Shown in pieces: positions 59,985-64,000 of a stretch of DNA of 64,000 nucleotides (position 1 is the stretch's first letter; every line of letters begins with the position of its first letter). A program made the position numbers and the translations under genes. This DNA is from Pristiophorus japonicus. Its lineage: Eukaryota. Under the pieces are notes generated by a model that saw nothing but the letters and a program-made list of their open reading frames with translations, made no database searches and was not told where the DNA came from. The stretch is from contig NC_091984.1 of assembly GCF_044704955.1 (NCBI RefSeq), positions 178,374,001 to 178,438,000 of the forward strand, given 5' to 3'.

Positions 59985-61527
59985 AGCCCCTCCCACGTGA
60001 TATTGCTGGTGTGGCAGGCAGATGCGGCGTGGCAGATTGAAGCTGGAGCACGGCCCAGGCTGCTCGCGGTGTGTGAGGCCCGGAGCTAGCACCATACGAA
60101 GCGGTGCTGGAGAAGCTGCGTGAGCACCAGCTGCAGCGGGGCAGGGCCTGCGGACCGACCATGGCAGCCCTGCCCCTACAGCAGCCGAGCTACCTGCTGG
60201 TGAGTGTGCAGGGGCCCGGCAGCAGTCGCCAGCCCCGCCCCGTGCTCGGCTCCTCTGCGCTTAACTTGTTCCTCCTGTGACCGCGGCTCAGGCCCGCTCC
60301 ATTCTCGCAGCGGAGACTGAAGCCTTCAACCACCCGAGCTCCCCTCCCACTTGCAGTTGGGCTCTGCCTGAGCGTTCTGTTCCCCGGGACCAGCTCGGAT
60401 TGCGGAACAGGCTTGGAGGGGCTGAATGGCCTACTCCTGTTCCTATGAATATTGTCACCCAGAGCTCAGCCCGACTGTGAAACTGAATCATTTGCATTGC
60501 TGGAATCACCTTCAGTATGAAAGCATACATTGGATAGGCTGGGTTTGTTTTCTTTGGAACAGAGGATGCTGAGGGGGTATCTTACTGAGGTGTATAAAAT
60601 TATGAGAGGCCTAGATAGAGTGGATAGGACGGACCTATTTCCCTTAGCAGAGGGGGTCAACAACCAGGGGGCATAGATTTAAAGTAATTGGTAGAAGGTG
60701 TAGAGGGGATTTGAGGGGAAATTTCTTCACCCAGAGGGTGGTGGGGGTTTGAAACTCACTGCCTAAAATGGTGGTTGAGGCAGAAACCCTCACCATATTT
60801 AAAAAGTACAGAAGAACATAAGAACATAAGAATTAGGACTAGGAGTAGGCCATCTAGCCCCTCGAGCCTGCTCCACCATTCAACAAGATCATGGCTGATC
60901 TGGCCGTGGACTCAGCTCCACTTACCCGCCCTCTCCCCGTAACCCTTAATTCCCTTATTGGTTAAAAATCTATCTATCTGTGACTTGAATACATTCAATG
61001 AGCTAGCCTCAACTGCTTCCTTGGGCAGAGAATTCCAGATTCACAACCCTCTTGGAGAAGAAATTCCTTATCAACTTGGTTTTAAATTGGCTCCCCCGTA
61101 TTTTGAGGTTGTGCTCCCTAGTTCTAGTCTCCCCGACCAGTGGAAACAACCTCTCTGCCTCTATCTTGTCTATCCTTTTCATTATTTTAAATGTTTCTAT
61201 AAGATCACACCTCATCCTTCTGAACTCCAACGAGTAAAGACCCAGTCTACTCAATCTATCATCATAAGGTAACCCCCTCATCTCCGGAATCAGCCTCATG
61301 AATCGTCTCTGTAACCCCTCCAAAGCTAGTATATCCTTCCTTAAGTAAGGTGACCAAAAACTTGGTACTTGGATGTGCACTTGAAGCGCTGTACCCTACA
61401 GGGCTACGGACCAAGAGCTGGAAAGTGGGATTAGGCTGGATAGCTCTTTGTCAGCTGGCACGGATACGATGGGCCAAAATGGCCTCCTTCGTGCTGTAAA
61501 TTTCTATGATTTCTATGATTCTATGAT
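59985..61527 (+). mobile_element. Chimeric retroposed insert: GC-rich gene-derived head + CR1 3' end (with a minus-strand CR1 nested at ~60812-61360)
   Basis: Splits the host CR1 exactly at LDLVLCN|EKGIIN (ctcat|tgcacaat); ends in a (ttctatga)n CR1 tail. Confidence 0.8.
60161..60199 (+). pseudogene. SMPD4: Captured SMPD4-like first coding exon
   Basis: ccgaccATGG Kozak; MAALPLQQPSYLL versus recalled human SMPD4 MAFPHLQQPSFLL; GTGAGT donor follows at 60200; no downstream SMPD4 exon found in the window. Confidence 0.6.
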
Positions 61528-61850
61528 TGCACAATACTAGATCTAAAATAGTCTGTTCTCTACTTGGTTCCTCAACATACTGATCTAGAAAACCATCTTG
61601 TATATATTCCATGAATTCATCCGCCACACTATACTGCAAATTTGGTTTGCGCAGTCTATATGTAGATTAAAGTCCCCCATGATTACTGCATCACCTTTGT
61701 TACATGCGCCTCTAATTTCCTGATTTATACTGTGCCCTACATTACCATTACTTTTGGGGGGCCTATAAACAACTCCCACCAATGTTTTCTGCCCTTTGCT
61801 GTTTCTTAGCTTCACCCAAACTGATTCTACCTCTTGATTTTCCTAGCTAG
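61528..61850 (-). mobile_element. CR1 endonuclease fragment (5' part of 57782-59984)
   Basis: LVGVVYRPP, IMGDFN, FLDQYVEEPSREQTILDLVLCN. Confidence 0.85.
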
Positions 61851-63021
61851 AGTTAGTGTTGACTGGCTATTAAAGTCAAAGTCAATCCTGACCCTCACTT
61901 GGCATCGGCTTTATCAGAGAAGGTGCTCACTAGATAGAAATTAGGTGCAGAAAAGCTGGCTCATTTTTTCCCCTCACTAACTGAGATCAACAGTAGCATC
62001 ACTACCCTGATAGAGATCTGCTAAATCAGCACAGACTAAGATGGAACTTTCCTGGTTTGTGTGGCTCAGTAACACACAATGTGATGCCATTACTAATGCA
62101 ACCATCAGGTGCGTCCCCATTCCTCCATCAGGTGAGTCATCTTTCTTCTAATTTTCATTCCGACCATTATTCTGCTCTGACCATGATAATGTTCTTTTTG
62201 TTTCAAAGAGTCAAACATGGTTTTGAGTGCACCTGAGTCACTTGAGCAGATATGGAATACAATTTTTTTAATCATTTATCCCTACTTATTTAACTCTACA
62301 TCACTGCTTCCAAATGTTCCCTTCAGCCAGCTGCTAGGAGACATGAGGTACGACATTCTCATCTCAATAGAGAGATAGCACAACCTCGATCTGGAATGTT
62401 GCTCTCAGAATGAAAGGTTTCCTCCCATTTCACGGCAATGAATCTTAGTATTCTACTGAAGAGGCAGTGCACCAGGCAAAAAACACCAAACAATCTAACC
62501 TATTTGTAAATATATATATTTAAGCATTTCAGTTCAGTTTGAATTGCTGAGCCATGTTCAGCTCTGCACACAGATTTGCAAACTACTTTTAATGAACAGT
62601 TTGTAGATATCTCAAACCCAGCATAATCTGAAGCAAGTTTTTATTTAAATCTGAAATGGATGTCTCTTTATTAGGATTAGGATTCATCTCCATTTATATA
62701 AAATCATACTCCCCAATATTACAGCAGAAATTCCTATTGTCCACTTCCAGGTTATAATCTGGGAAAGAAAAATATGAATAGAATTAGAAAATATGAATAT
62801 TAATAGCAATAAGCAGCAATAATCATGAGCATACAAAACACCATGTAGATCCTTTCACCGATCAACACTTGGGGTACATAACAGAGATTGGAAAGATTCC
62901 CAAAAGGCAAAAAGACTGGAACTGGAAAGAGCAGAGAAACAACATGACAAAGCAAAGAGGGGAGTGATAGAAGCAGTGAGACATCCTATTAGCCCGGTCT
63001 GGACTATCCTTCTCAATGATT

Positions 63022-64000
63022 ATGGGGCTCAATTACCAGCAGAGTTTTCACGCCTGTCCACTGTGACTTCAGCGGAGAGTCATGGAAACCCTGAAGAAAT
63101 CCATCAGGCCAGATCTTGCTGGAAAATAATGGCATGTAAATGACACACGCCATTACTAATGTGCAAATTGGCCAGCAAAGTCAGGAGATTAAGAGATATG
63201 CCATAAATTGAGAATCTCCAGAACTTGCTGGGTGCTTCACACAAACAGCATCTTGCCCTTAGCCTGCTTGTTATTTTTAAGAACTTGCTGGATTTGCACA
63301 TTAATTGTCCATAAACCCCGCCACAAAAAGTTAAGTCTGGTAATAATGGGCCCAAGTTTCCACAAGAAAAAAAACGGGCGCCCCTCCGAACTGGGCGCCC
63401 GTTTTTCGCGCCTAAAGCGGTATTCTCCACCTACTTACAGGTCCTCTGGCCCTCGGCGCAGCCAGCACGAGCTGTGGGGGGGGGGGCGGAGCCAGGTCCC
63501 TGCGCTGAAAACAGTGCCGGGACCTCTGCACATGCGGCGCTACAGTCGGCACGCAAGTGCAGTAGCTCCAGGCGCCGAACTGTGTGGGAGGGGCCCGAAG
63601 CACGCAGCCCCTAGCCCTGGCTGAATGGCCTCACTGGGGCTACGTGAATAAGGCTCCTCCCACGGCCAGCTCCTGCTCCCCGCCCCCGACAAGACCCGAC
63701 ACCCGCTCCCCACCGCCCCCCCCACACCGACCAGACCCGACCCGACACCCGCTCCCCCCACCCCCCCCCCCCGCCGACCAGACACCCGCTCCCCCCCCCC
63801 CGCCCCGCCGCCCCGACCCGAGACCCGCGTCCCCCCTCCCCCTCCGACCCACCCGCGCTCCTGTTCCCCGCCCCGCTCCCCCCCCCCCCCCCCCCACTGG
63901 ATCCGAATCCAGGACTGGTCCGAAGAACGACCTGACCTCTCCCTCCGCCCCCCGCCCCCCCCTCTCTCTTCTCCCCCCCTCCCCTCTCTCTCTCTGCCTC
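63022..64000. mobile_element. Nested Harbinger-type MITE-like elements (starts at ~63024 and ~63349), running into C-rich low-complexity sequence
   Basis: GGGGCTCAATT and GGGCCCAAGTTTCC starts; internal palindrome aaaaacgggcgccc..gggcgcccgttttt; far ends lie outside the window. Confidence 0.5.

Noticed and set aside
62310-62480. Possible small exons in the unique sequence near 62.3-62.5 kb
   Set aside because: AG/GT pairs exist on both strands, but the peptides resemble neither UFD1, SMPD4 exon 2, nor anything I recognise.
63540-64000. Gly-rich ORFs on the minus strand
   Set aside because: C-rich low-complexity interior of a MITE-like element.

Overview
Vertebrate genomic DNA, most likely a cartilaginous fish (shark), inferred from the repeat complement: SacSINE1-like DeuSINEs, CR1, L2, RTE and Tx1 LINEs, Penelope-type ends, Mag-type Gypsy and Harbinger elements. 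The left 27 kb holds the HIRA - MRPL40 - C22orf39 block known from human 22q11: HIRA coding exon 1 (minus), a complete 4-exon MRPL40 (plus, 194 aa) and a complete 3-exon C22orf39 (minus, 105 aa). The remaining ~37 kb is almost entirely nested transposable elements and minisatellites, including a full-length decayed Gypsy, two Harbinger transposons and a deleted tRNA-Leu-primed ERV. Best leads: (i) a CR1-tailed chimeric insert carrying what looks like the unspliced 5' end of SMPD4; (ii) a Tx1 family that re-inserted serially at one site and whose non-poly(A) 3' ends are partly complementary to their own target sites; (iii) minimal hammerhead-ribozyme cores in Penelope-type ends; (iv) an A-rich, ORF-less ERV interior that may be G-to-A hypermutated. 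All family and gene identifications are from recall of motifs, not database searches; repeat boundaries without a stated TSD are approximate.
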